Of a DNA stretch of 32,000 nucleotides, positions 7,699 through 16,132 are shown piece by piece; position 1 is the stretch's first letter; every line of letters begins with the position of its first letter. Made by a program: the position numbers and the translations under genes. The DNA lies in assembly GCF_037902255.1 (NCBI RefSeq), contig NZ_CP147990.1, positions 3,900,001 to 3,932,000 on the forward strand. Reading direction: 5' to 3'. A model generated the notes under the pieces. That model did no database searches, was not told where the DNA came from, and worked only from the letters and a program-made list of their open reading frames with translations. This stretch comes from Candidatus Electrothrix sp. GW3-4 (GTDB lineage Bacteria; Desulfobacterota; Desulfobulbia; Desulfobulbales; Desulfobulbaceae).

Positions 7699-10122
7699 TT
7701 ACTCTATCTTATTACATTGCGACAAACATTGACTCATACATTTTTCAGGTCGGTCTGTACATTTATTTCCACAGTATTCTTGACAACATACCCGTTTATC
7801 AAGACCGCTTGTCAGCGGATCTCTCAATTGCAGCACGTTAGTGGCTCTGGTAATTGTTGCAGCACAAATATTCAGCTGCCCCTGCCCTTTTCCAGAACGA
7901 AACTCGGAACCGGAAACAGTAACTGTTTCCCCAACTTCAAAATGAAAGACTTCTCGACATTGCTTGATCAAATTCTCGGGAAATACATGGATAACATAGG
8001 AGCCCGATGAGGTCTCTACGTCAAGATGTAATCCGCTCTGCTTGGTCCAAGGTGGAGATTTTATTGCAACCTTCCTGATCTGCCCGCTAATCTCCGTTAG
8101 GGGCGTCTTCCATGGTTGATTGCATGAGGATTCGCGTACTGATTCACTTATTGATTCACTTATTGGTTGAACCTGAACGGCTCCCTGGCCTTCCCCGGCA
8201 TCTGAAGGCTGAACCTTTTCTTCACCATCTTCTGCTGAAGAAGGAGCGACCGGAAGAGAAGTTTCGACCTCTTCCGTTTCCTCAGCCTGAGACGCAAGCG
8301 GACTCATCTCATCTGAGGAAACATTTTTTTCAAGTGGTGGTGTGACCTCTGCTGTTGTGACCTTATCCCCCTTTTCGATCACTGCGGGCTGATCTGCCTC
8401 AGGAATGGCAGGCAGGGAAGGAGCGCCCTCCTTCTCTTCACTGGTCTGCATCTCCGCTTGAGCAACAGCCTCACCAGCAGGCAGCTTTTCCCCTGCTTCT
8501 GCTTCAGATACACTGGCGTTTTCCCCGTTCCCAGTTGTTAGAGATTCAGGTTGGAACTTCTGCCCAGTAACCTCAGATGCGGGGATGGAAGGTACGACAG
8601 GAGCAGGGTCTTTCTCCGCACGGCCCTGTATCTCTGGTTGAGATGTCTCATAAGATGCCGTAACACTCTCTCCATCCCCTGTCGATTCTGTCGATTGGGG
8701 CTCATCCTGAACCTCTTGCTCCTTCTTCTCGACGACAGCTCTGGAGGTCGTGGCAGGAGCCATCGCTTTTGTTTCACTCCGCTGAGGAGTAGCTTGCTCA
8801 GTTTTGCTGACAGCAACCTTCTTCTTGGCCTTGAGCACTCTTATCTCATGAAGAGCCGAATTCTCATGACCAGATTCTTCAGGTTCCTCAGGAAGGGGCA
8901 GAATTTTCTCGTCAACCTCCCTCACTGGGGGAGAAACGACAGAGGCAGGGACAGCTCCTCCTGTTTCTACGCTATGACGTCCCAATGCTTCATCAATATC
9001 ATCAGCAAGGAGGTCTCCTTCTTTTTCTTCCTGCTCAGACGATACATATCTGAAATCAAGGTCTGTCAACTGCCGGGAATAACGCAGGCGGGCCAATACC
9101 CTGCCCTGCCGATCATACAGGCTCAGAATATCACCGCTGATGGTATATCTTCGCGTCGTATCCAAGGCCTGCAAGAAGGCATCCTCCACCTCCATCCCAA
9201 CAGGGCAGGCCATACGGGTTGATGCAATCCGACTGAAGACAAAATCATTATCAGCAAAAAGCCAGCTTCCGCTAAAATTATTACAGCCTGCAAAGCCCTG
9301 AATCAGCTGTTCACCACCTTGGACCTTCAAAAAAGGTGGTTTGCTCACACTCTCCGGCTCCAGCGACTCTCCACCTATCTCTGTCAAATACCACCTATTA
9401 TTTAAAATCGTTGCAATACGGCGCCCTTTCCCCTTACAGAAATGGTATGGATCAATATGAACGGAACGAACCGCAATCAGACGATCTCCCCGACCTGCTT
9501 GAGAGGAAAGGCGAATATCCAGAGTTACAAAAAGCGATTCTGCCCGACCATGCAAGATATCTTGATACGCCTGCTCTACCTCGGCAGCTCTCCCCCTGGT
9601 GACGAGAGGGAACCTCGCCCCACTCAGGCATTCCCGAAAGACCCCACGACCGCGTTTGCGGGTGTACATCCCCTGCATACGCACTATCCCCTCATAGCGG
9701 GGCTCTGTATGCGTCAAGGTAAAGTCATAGCGAACAAGGGAGGGCATCATTCCGCCGGAGACCTTGATAAGCTTCAGGGTTTGCTGCCCTGTAACCGCCA
9801 AGATCCGGCTCGCCTTGTCATAACTGGTCAAACGAAGAAGTTTCTTTGCTTCGCTATATCTCCATACGCCGATCTCTGCCTGAGTCACCTTACGACCAGA
9901 TGCATTTCTTGCCATCCTTTCCATCTGCAAAAAATACATACCATCGGGCCGCAGCACCAACTCAAACGATGTCGAAGGACATCGCTTCAGGTCGAGATCA
10001 GCCCGAAAGACAGCAGGAAGAGGATGAACGAACGTTCTGTCCTTCAGAACATGCTTTTGTTGCGGAGCACATCCTGCCAGCAACAGGACCAAGAGAGAAA
10101 AAAGGCGGAGATATGTACGCAT
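7699..10122 (-). CDS. Large composite lipoprotein: NlpE-N-like region, META (HslJ-like) domain, ~285-aa acidic low-complexity linker, C-terminal OB-like domain and a Cys-rich tail
   Basis: The lipobox is LLLAGC (MRTYLRLFSLLVLLLAGCAPQQ). The META-type segment reads NNRWYLTEIGG...FLKVQGGEQLIQGFAGCNNFSGSW...TRMACP...EDAFLQALDTTRRYTISGDILSLYD. An E/P/S/T/A-rich stretch covers residues ~355-640. The C-terminus has GLHLDVETSSGSYVIHVFPE...VGETVTVSGSEF and ends in CCQEYCGNKCTDRPEKCMSQCLSQC. Confidence 0.8.
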   Translation of the reverse strand: MRTYLRLFSLLVLLLAGCAPQQKHVLKDRTFVHPLPAVFRADLDLKRCPSTSFELVLRPDGMYFLQMERMARNASGRKVTQAEIGVWRYSEAKKLLRLTSYDKASRILAVTGQQTLKLIKVSGGMMPSLVRYDFTLTHTEPRYEGIVRMQGMYTRKRGRGVFRECLSGARFPLVTRGRAAEVEQAYQDILHGRAESLFVTLDIRLSSQAGRGDRLIAVRSVHIDPYHFCKGKGRRIATILNNRWYLTEIGGESLEPESVSKPPFLKVQGGEQLIQGFAGCNNFSGSWLFADNDFVFSRIASTRMACPVGMEVEDAFLQALDTTRRYTISGDILSLYDRQGRVLARLRYSRQLTDLDFRYVSSEQEEKEGDLLADDIDEALGRHSVETGGAVPASVVSPPVREVDEKILPLPEEPEESGHENSALHEIRVLKAKKKVAVSKTEQATPQRSETKAMAPATTSRAVVEKKEQEVQDEPQSTESTGDGESVTASYETSQPEIQGRAEKDPAPVVPSIPASEVTGQKFQPESLTTGNGENASVSEAEAGEKLPAGEAVAQAEMQTSEEKEGAPSLPAIPEADQPAVIEKGDKVTTAEVTPPLEKNVSSDEMSPLASQAEETEEVETSLPVAPSSAEDGEEKVQPSDAGEGQGAVQVQPISESISESVRESSCNQPWKTPLTEISGQIRKVAIKSPPWTKQSGLHLDVETSSGSYVIHVFPENLIKQCREVFHFEVGETVTVSGSEFRSGKGQGQLNICAATITRATNVLQLRDPLTSGLDKRVCCQEYCGNKCTDRPEKCMSQCLSQCNKIE

Positions 10123-10267
10123 AGTTTTACATGATTAGAGATTGATCATTTTTTCTTAACAACAACAGGTAAGGCTTTTCCTGCGTATCCTATAGAGCCC
10201 CCAGGCCGGGACGACAAAACATGAAAGGCGGTAGTGGCCCCTGAGCCAGGCTGAATATAAGGGCCCC

Positions 10268-11365
10268 TTAGACATGGGGTAGATCAGGAAAGGTCTTGGC
10301 AACTGCTGGACACAACAACTTACCATCCCGCATATTGAGGGCAGCGGCCCGGCCCGGAGAACGCTTAACAAAGGGATCCAACCCGACCTTGGCAAGCTCC
10401 CGACAATAGGGAAGCGTGGCATTGCACAGGGCCTTGGTACTGGTTCTACTGACCGCTCCTGGAATGTTGGCGACACAGTAATGGACCACGTCCTCTTCGA
10501 TAAAAACCGGATCGCTATGGGTGGTGGGACGACTGGTTATGCAGCAGCCTCCTTGGTCGATACAGACATCCACCAGCACCGAGCCCTTCTGCATCACTTG
10601 CAGGAGCGAACGGTCAATGAGCACCGGGGCCTTTTCCCCTGGAACAAGCACCGCTCCGACAACCAGATCAGCAATACGGGCATGTTCGCGGATGGTATGG
10701 GGATCGCTGTACACGGTACAGACATTAGCGGGCATAATTGTTTCCAGATATCGCAATCGCTCTGCATTGATATCCATGATAACCACATTGGCGCCAAAAC
10801 CAGCGGCAACCCGAGCCGCATTCGCTCCGACCACCCCACCGCCGATGATCAGGACATGGGCAGGAGCCACCCCCGGGACTCCACCCAACAGGAGCCCGCT
10901 CCCTCCCATGGGTCGTTCCAGACATTTTGCTCCTTGCTGAATGGCCATCTTACCTGCGACCTCACTCATCGGGGTCAGCAGAGGGAGACGCCCCTGTTGA
11001 TCGGCCAGGGTCTCATAGGCCACAGCCGCTATTCCTCGTTGCAGGCAGGCCTCAGTCAAGGCGCGGGAACTGGCAAAATGAAAAAAGCAAAACACGATCT
11101 GGCCGGAGCGGAAACAGGCAATTTCTTCTGGCTGAGGCTCTTTCACCTTGACGATCATCTCGGCCTGCTCATAGAGCTTCGCTGCTGTCTCTACAAACTC
11201 GGCCCCGGCATCTGCATAGACGGCATCCGCATATCCACTGCCCAGTCCTGCCCCTTTTTGCAACAAGACCCTGTGACCATCTTTGCGCAGCAACTCCACC
11301 CCAACGGGCAAGAGGGCCACCCGGTACTCGTCTTGCTTAATCTCCTGCGGTATTCCAATGACCAT
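10268..11365 (-). CDS. ald: Alanine dehydrogenase
   Basis: The N-terminus is MVIGIPQEIKQDEYRVALLPVGV. It carries MSEVAGKMA, the NAD fold VLIIGGGVVGANAARVA and VDVCIDQGG. Length is 365 aa, and it is colinear with Ald family proteins. Confidence 0.92.
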   Translation of the reverse strand: MVIGIPQEIKQDEYRVALLPVGVELLRKDGHRVLLQKGAGLGSGYADAVYADAGAEFVETAAKLYEQAEMIVKVKEPQPEEIACFRSGQIVFCFFHFASSRALTEACLQRGIAAVAYETLADQQGRLPLLTPMSEVAGKMAIQQGAKCLERPMGGSGLLLGGVPGVAPAHVLIIGGGVVGANAARVAAGFGANVVIMDINAERLRYLETIMPANVCTVYSDPHTIREHARIADLVVGAVLVPGEKAPVLIDRSLLQVMQKGSVLVDVCIDQGGCCITSRPTTHSDPVFIEEDVVHYCVANIPGAVSRTSTKALCNATLPYCRELAKVGLDPFVKRSPGRAAALNMRDGKLLCPAVAKTFPDLPHV

Positions 11366-11366
11366 A

Positions 11367-13289
11367 TCAGTTTTTCAAGGCTTCCTGCACAGCTCGCCCC
11401 AACTGCTTGAGGGAGTAAGGCTTTTTGATAAAGCCGTTGGCCCCCAACTTGAGGGTGGCCTTCACATCTGCACTGTCGGAGAACCCACTGACAATGAGGG
11501 CCCGCTGCTCAGGATATATCTTAATAATCTCCTGATACGTTTCATAACCATTCATGCCTGGCTCCATCTGCATATCAATGACAATGAGATCAACCGGTTT
11601 ATCCAAAATATACTTGATCGCCAGTTCACCGGAACAAACCGAGGCAAGCCTATACCCCAGGGATTGCAACATTCGGGTGGCAATATCCCGTAACTGCGGC
11701 TCATCATCAATAACCAGGATGGTCCTGCCCAGCTCTAGCTCTTCTTCCCCTTGGCTGATTTCCTCTGGCACTGCCAATTTTACTTTACTCAAGGGAAAAT
11801 AGATCTGAAAACAGGTCCCTTCCTCCCCGCTGGTAACAGATATTTTGCCTTCGTGATCCTGGACAGTGTTCCAGACAACGGCCAATCCGAGCCCAGTACC
11901 GCTTCGCCCCATAACCTTCTTAGTATAAAAGGGCTCGAAGATATGTTGCAGATCCTGTTTTGCAATCCCCGGACCGGTATCTTCCACGCACAGGACGATG
12001 TACTCTCCAGCGGTTATTTCCAGTTCTCTGGCCTTGGCCTCATCAATCCGTTCATTATGGGTGGAAATGATGATCCCTCCACTGTCAACAACGGCCTCTG
12101 CGGCATTGGTCAATAAATTCAAGAGGCATTTCTTTATATGAAGCGGGGAACAAAAGATATGGGCCTGCTTTGCCTCAAGTTGAGATCTATACGAGATACC
12201 GGAATACAGCGCATTCAGCTTCCCGTGTTCCGGTGAATCCAGATATTCCTTAATCAGAAGATTGAGACTCCTCACTTCTTTGGCAATAGCCACACCACGG
12301 GCAACGGTTAAAAGATCTGCAACCACCATTGCTGCCCGTTGACCGGATTCGACCATAGCCTCAAGTGACTCGCGAAGATTGCTGTCCCTGGGCAGGGTTT
12401 TGAGAAGTAATTCCGGATACCCGATAATTCCGGCCAGGATATTATTCAGGTCATGGGCCACACCACCGGCCATCAGACCGATGGACTCCATTCGCCGTGA
12501 CCGGAAGATTTGCTCTTCCAGCTTCTTACGGTCCCGCAGGTCCCTTAAGACAAAAACAGCTCCATGGAGCTCACCGGCTTCATCACGAATCGGTGAGGCT
12601 GAAACAAGAACCGGTATTTTTTCTTTGGCCGCTGTTTGCAATAAAGTTTCCTGATTTTGCAGGGGCTCTGCTTCTTTATTTGACACAAACTGCTGCACCC
12701 AGACCGCGCAAGCCTCTTCTGCCAGAAAGGTATGCAATGGCTGGCCAAGGACCTCATCCTGTGTATAACCAACAAGAGACAGGCTCCCCTGATTACAGAT
12801 CTCTATATCACCCTGGAGATTGATGACAAAGATAGCATCGGTCATGGAAAAAAGGATATTTTCCAAATAATTCTTCGTTTTTTCCAGCTCTACGGATTTT
12901 TCCAGGGCGAGCTTTTGTTGGTGCAGCTGGAGAAAGAAGCTGACCTTGCTGAATAAAATCTTCGGCGCATACGGCTTAATAATGAAATCAACCGCTCCAG
13001 ATTCATACCCCTTAAAGACGTGGTAATCGTCATGATAGACCGCTGAGAGGAAAATAATAGGGAGATTTTCTGTTTTGGGATCGCAACGGAGGCGTTCGGC
13101 TAACTCATAGCCATCCATGTCTGGCATCTGGACATCAAGGATTGCCAGGGCAAAGTCATTATGCAGGGTTGCCTTGAGGGCATCATTACCGTAGGTAGCC
13201 TGAACAAACTCCACATCAAGGTCGGCCAGGACCTTTCTCAAGGTGAACAGGTTCTGTTCCTTATCATCGACAACAAGTATCTTTTGCAT
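11367..13289 (-). CDS. Hybrid sensor histidine kinase with receiver domains at both termini (REC-PAS-HisKA-HATPase-REC)
   Basis: The N-terminal REC reads ILVVDDKEQN...LDVQMPDMDGYEL...K. A PAS-like segment follows. The H-box is GGVAHDLNNIL, the N-box is LLTNAAEA, and the G-boxes are EDTGPGI and GTGLGLAVV. The C-terminal REC reads ILVIDDEPQLRDI...DMQMEPGMNGYE...IKKPY. Confidence 0.9.
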   Translation of the reverse strand: MQKILVVDDKEQNLFTLRKVLADLDVEFVQATYGNDALKATLHNDFALAILDVQMPDMDGYELAERLRCDPKTENLPIIFLSAVYHDDYHVFKGYESGAVDFIIKPYAPKILFSKVSFFLQLHQQKLALEKSVELEKTKNYLENILFSMTDAIFVINLQGDIEICNQGSLSLVGYTQDEVLGQPLHTFLAEEACAVWVQQFVSNKEAEPLQNQETLLQTAAKEKIPVLVSASPIRDEAGELHGAVFVLRDLRDRKKLEEQIFRSRRMESIGLMAGGVAHDLNNILAGIIGYPELLLKTLPRDSNLRESLEAMVESGQRAAMVVADLLTVARGVAIAKEVRSLNLLIKEYLDSPEHGKLNALYSGISYRSQLEAKQAHIFCSPLHIKKCLLNLLTNAAEAVVDSGGIIISTHNERIDEAKARELEITAGEYIVLCVEDTGPGIAKQDLQHIFEPFYTKKVMGRSGTGLGLAVVWNTVQDHEGKISVTSGEEGTCFQIYFPLSKVKLAVPEEISQGEEELELGRTILVIDDEPQLRDIATRMLQSLGYRLASVCSGELAIKYILDKPVDLIVIDMQMEPGMNGYETYQEIIKIYPEQRALIVSGFSDSADVKATLKLGANGFIKKPYSLKQLGRAVQEALKN

Positions 13290-13417
13290 AAAAGACTCGT
13301 TCTATTATGGGCAAGCAAAAAAAGATCAGTTCATCACGATTGCCTTGTGCAGACGAAACTATCGGATAGAAACCCACCGGATATTTTCCACCCTTTTCCC
13401 CCTCTCCCCCGACATAT

Positions 13418-13549
13418 TTAATGCCACATTGACCCGTGGCATTTGGGACATACTGGCAATTTTTCTTCATCATCTTTTATAACGACTTTTTTCCCGCAGG
13501 TCATGCAAACATAGGTACCTTTTCCTGGACGATCTCCTGTTACCTTCAT
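13418..13549 (-). CDS. Small zinc-ribbon protein (43 aa), below the ORF-track size cutoff
   Basis: Reverse-strand translation gives MKVTGDRPGKGTYVCMTCGKKVVIKDDEEKLPVCPKCHGSMWH*. It has two CxxC knuckles (CMTC, CPKC). GAGGAAAA lies 4-5 nt upstream of the ATG at 13549-13547. Confidence 0.55.
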   Translation of the reverse strand: MKVTGDRPGKGTYVCMTCGKKVVIKDDEEKLPVCPKCHGSMWH

Positions 13550-13906
13550 AACATTTTCCTCATGGATAAAAAATATTTTTTATTTCCAAGACCTCGTTGC
13601 TCACTTTATCTTTGACCTCTGGCAAGAACAAAAATAAGAATACATGATCTGCTTATAATTTCAATTTAAAAGCAAACAAGGAAGAGAGCTGAGCAGGCCG
13701 TATTTTTTAAAAAAATGATATCTCTTGGAGATAAAGCTGGCAGGCATTGCACTACGCCAAGAGAAGAAAAGAATATCCTGTCTCAGAGGAGCCTCTGAGT
13801 GGCGTAAGCAAGAAAAATACCCCTCCTGCAAAACTCAGTTTTGCATCCTTAGCCAACCCGCTCAATCAGCGAGTTGAGATATGCAGAGTGAGGATGTGCA
13901 GGAGGT

Positions 13907-13967
13907 CGAAAGAGAGAAGGGAAACAGGGGCCGAGGACGAGAAGTCAGCTGTGCCTCTATGGGCCCC
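13907..13967 (-). terminator. Candidate terminator of the metal-uptake operon
   Basis: On the minus strand, GGGGCC-CATA-GAGG...CCTC-GGCCCC forms an imperfect hairpin. It is followed by the T-rich TGTTTCCCTTCTCTCTTTCG, about 35 nt after the stop of the 121-aa gene. Confidence 0.4.
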
Positions 13968-14001
13968 ATCATGAATCAGAGTTGGAGATGAAAGCTAAAA
14001 A

Positions 14002-14367
14002 TCACTCTGTTTCGGCAGCTGCATCAAGAAAATCCTGCTCTGTCAGCTCAAAATCAGCATCATGGGCCTGATCCACCTTCAGAAGAATCGTCATGTCCCC
14101 CTGATACGGTGGTTCAAAATCAAATTTCCCTTCTTTATCGGTGGTGCCTTCCAGAATCTTTTCGCCCTTATTATTCACAACGACCACATGACCGCTCTGT
14201 ACTTTCCTCCCTCCCATGAAAAAACCTTCCACATAGACTCGATTATTTTCCACGTAGCACCAGAGGGTGGTTGCATGGGCAAAGGCAGAAGAAGCAAGGG
14301 ACAGAAAAAGTAGGGTTGCTGCGGCAAGCAGGAAAGCTGCTTGTCTGATGGATTGCATTTTGGACAT
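14002..14367 (-). CDS. Secreted small beta-rich protein (prealbumin/transthyretin-like guess), last gene of the metal ABC operon
   Basis: A signal peptide ends at ...SSAFA-HATTLW, so the mature N-terminus would start with His. It is beta-strand rich (VVVVNNKGEKILEGTTDKEGKFDFE). AAGGAGG lies 7 nt upstream of the ATG. The fold assignment is only a guess. Confidence 0.65.
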   Translation of the reverse strand: MSKMQSIRQAAFLLAAATLLFLSLASSAFAHATTLWCYVENNRVYVEGFFMGGRKVQSGHVVVVNNKGEKILEGTTDKEGKFDFEPPYQGDMTILLKVDQAHDADFELTEQDFLDAAAETE

Positions 14368-14403
14368 GATGACATTACCTCCTTTTTAAGGATCAAATTA
14401 TTT

Positions 14404-15324
14404 TTAGATTTCCCCCTGATTCGGTCCCCCTCGGGACAGAAGCGGACGAGAAATCAGGGCTCCGTAAAACAGGGTACTGGAGACCAAGGCGATCACGGCA
14501 CCACTGGGCACTGGCAACAGACCGGACAGCAGCAGACCAGAGGCCGTACTGATCGTGGAAAAGATGACACTGAGCCAGACAAACCAACGAAGGTTAGGAG
14601 CAACCAGTTGGGCCCCGGCAGCTGGAACCACTATCAGGACCAGGACCAGCAGGGCACCGATCAATTTCAGGCTGGAAACCACCACAATGGTCATCAGGGT
14701 GACAAAGAGATACTCCAAAAATACAGGAGAGATCCCACGCGCCTTGGCCAGGGTCCGGTTAAAACTGGCCAGCATAAAGCGGTTGAAATTGAAGGCAAAG
14801 AGAATACCGACAACCAGCGAGGCGATGGTCAGGGTAATAAGGTCCTTATCATTCAGGGTGATCAGGCTGCCAAAAAGGATCCCCTCCACCTGGTGGATAT
14901 TGAACTGGCTGGTCACCACAATCATCAGGATAATCCCAAGGCCCAGCACCTGCGCTAACACCACCCCGATAATCGTATCATTGGCAAGGCGAGTGCGGTT
15001 CTTAACAAAGGTCATCAGCAGGGCGACAATCAGACAAAAACCGTACAGACCTGCATAGGTGCCATCCACGGGTTCCCCCAAGAGCAGACCAATGGCAACC
15101 CCACTCATGGCAGCATTACCAATGGTCTGGGTAAAAAAGGAGAGCTTCTTGGTCACCACCACCGTACCCACCGCCCCGAGCAAGGGCCCGATGATCAAGG
15201 CGGCCAGCAGACCGCGAATCATAAAGGTATGCTCAAAGATCGCAGGCAGATACCCTTGGGATGCCCAATTTTTAAAAATATCGTAGATAAAATCCATATC
15301 GTTTAGATAAGCTTTGAGGATCAA
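14404..15324 (-). CDS. Metal ABC transporter permease (ABC-3 family, ZnuB/MntB/TroC-like)
   Basis: It is 306 aa and polytopic, with Gly/Leu/Ile/Val-rich TM segments. It is colinear with ZnuB-family permeases and sits between the ATPase gene and the small secreted-protein gene. Confidence 0.88.
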   Translation of the reverse strand: MILKAYLNDMDFIYDIFKNWASQGYLPAIFEHTFMIRGLLAALIIGPLLGAVGTVVVTKKLSFFTQTIGNAAMSGVAIGLLLGEPVDGTYAGLYGFCLIVALLMTFVKNRTRLANDTIIGVVLAQVLGLGIILMIVVTSQFNIHQVEGILFGSLITLNDKDLITLTIASLVVGILFAFNFNRFMLASFNRTLAKARGISPVFLEYLFVTLMTIVVVSSLKLIGALLVLVLIVVPAAGAQLVAPNLRWFVWLSVIFSTISTASGLLLSGLLPVPSGAVIALVSSTLFYGALISRPLLSRGGPNQGEI

Positions 15325-15424
15325 TAAGGTTTAAGCAGCGTTATAATACCCATCCCGGCCCCCTGGGCCGGGACAACAAAAAATGAAAATTGGTCAGGCG
15401 ATTCAAAGTAATCGCCCGGTACTT

Positions 15425-16132
15425 TCATAGAAAAGTATATTGCTGCAGAAGATCGGCATGATCCAGGCCCTTGGTGGGGCCGTCATAAAAGATTGTTCGA
15501 TTGACTGCGGTAACGGCGTCGCAAACCCTTGAGATCATATCCATGCTATGGCAGACCATAAGGATGGTGATCCCCTGCTCATCTCGCAGATTGATAAGCA
15601 TCTCTTCAAAATGACGGATACCGACTTCATCAATATTACTGGCCGGTTCATCAAGGAGAAGAAGCTCCGGCTTCGGGCTCAGGGCCTGGGCCAGCAGGAC
15701 CCTGCGAAACTCCCCGCCGGAAAGCTGGCCCACACAGCGATCAATCAGATGGGCACAGTCTGTGGCGGTCAGCAGCTCCTCAATCTTTGCCCGCACCGCC
15801 CTCCGGCGCCCGAGAAAGACCGGCATCTTTTTCAGCATCAGAAAAAGAAAATCAAAGACCGTGATCGGCACGGAATGGTCGAACTCCAGGAACTGGGGCA
15901 CATAGCCGACCCGGCTGCTTTCCCGAAAGAGAAAACGGATGGTCCCCTTATGGGGCATCCCCCCCATGACGCTCCGCATCAGGGTGGTCTTGCCCGCTCC
16001 GTTGGGGCCGGTCAGGGCATGAATATGTCCTTTTCTGACCCGCAGGTTAATATCATCAAGGATTCGGTTTCCCCGCAGGGAAACCGAAAGCTTATCTATT
16101 TCAAGCAGATTTTGTTCTTCAGGACTGCTCAT
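15425..16132 (-). CDS. Metal ABC transporter ATP-binding protein (ZnuC/MntA-like)
   Basis: Walker A is GPNGAGKTT, the signature is LSGGEFRRV, Walker B is LLLLDEP and the H-loop is CHSM. Confidence 0.9.
   Translation of the reverse strand: MSSPEEQNLLEIDKLSVSLRGNRILDDINLRVRKGHIHALTGPNGAGKTTLMRSVMGGMPHKGTIRFLFRESSRVGYVPQFLEFDHSVPITVFDFLFLMLKKMPVFLGRRRAVRAKIEELLTATDCAHLIDRCVGQLSGGEFRRVLLAQALSPKPELLLLDEPASNIDEVGIRHFEEMLINLRDEQGITILMVCHSMDMISRVCDAVTAVNRTIFYDGPTKGLDHADLLQQYTFL

Noticed and set aside
8551-10134. Plus-strand ORFs 8551-9222 (223 aa) and 9442-10134 (230 aa)
   Set aside because: They are antisense to the 807-aa lipoprotein gene. They have no SD and a biased Arg/Leu/Ser composition.
10481-11410. 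309-aa plus-strand ORF, and smaller ORFs at 10521-10940 and 10927-11151
   Set aside because: They are antisense shadows of the well-supported ald gene in G+C-rich DNA. The Pro/Arg/Gly/His-rich composition is typical of non-coding frames.
13740-13990. Possible structured ncRNA (6S, SRP or riboswitch) in the gap downstream of the metal operon, including the 8-2-8 palindrome CTCAGAGG-AG-CCTCTGAG at 13782-13799
   Set aside because: I could not match any conserved ncRNA core, such as the SRP GGAA/AGCA motif or the 6S central bubble. The hairpins are adequately explained as terminator or REP-like structures. A covariance-model scan would be needed to revisit this.
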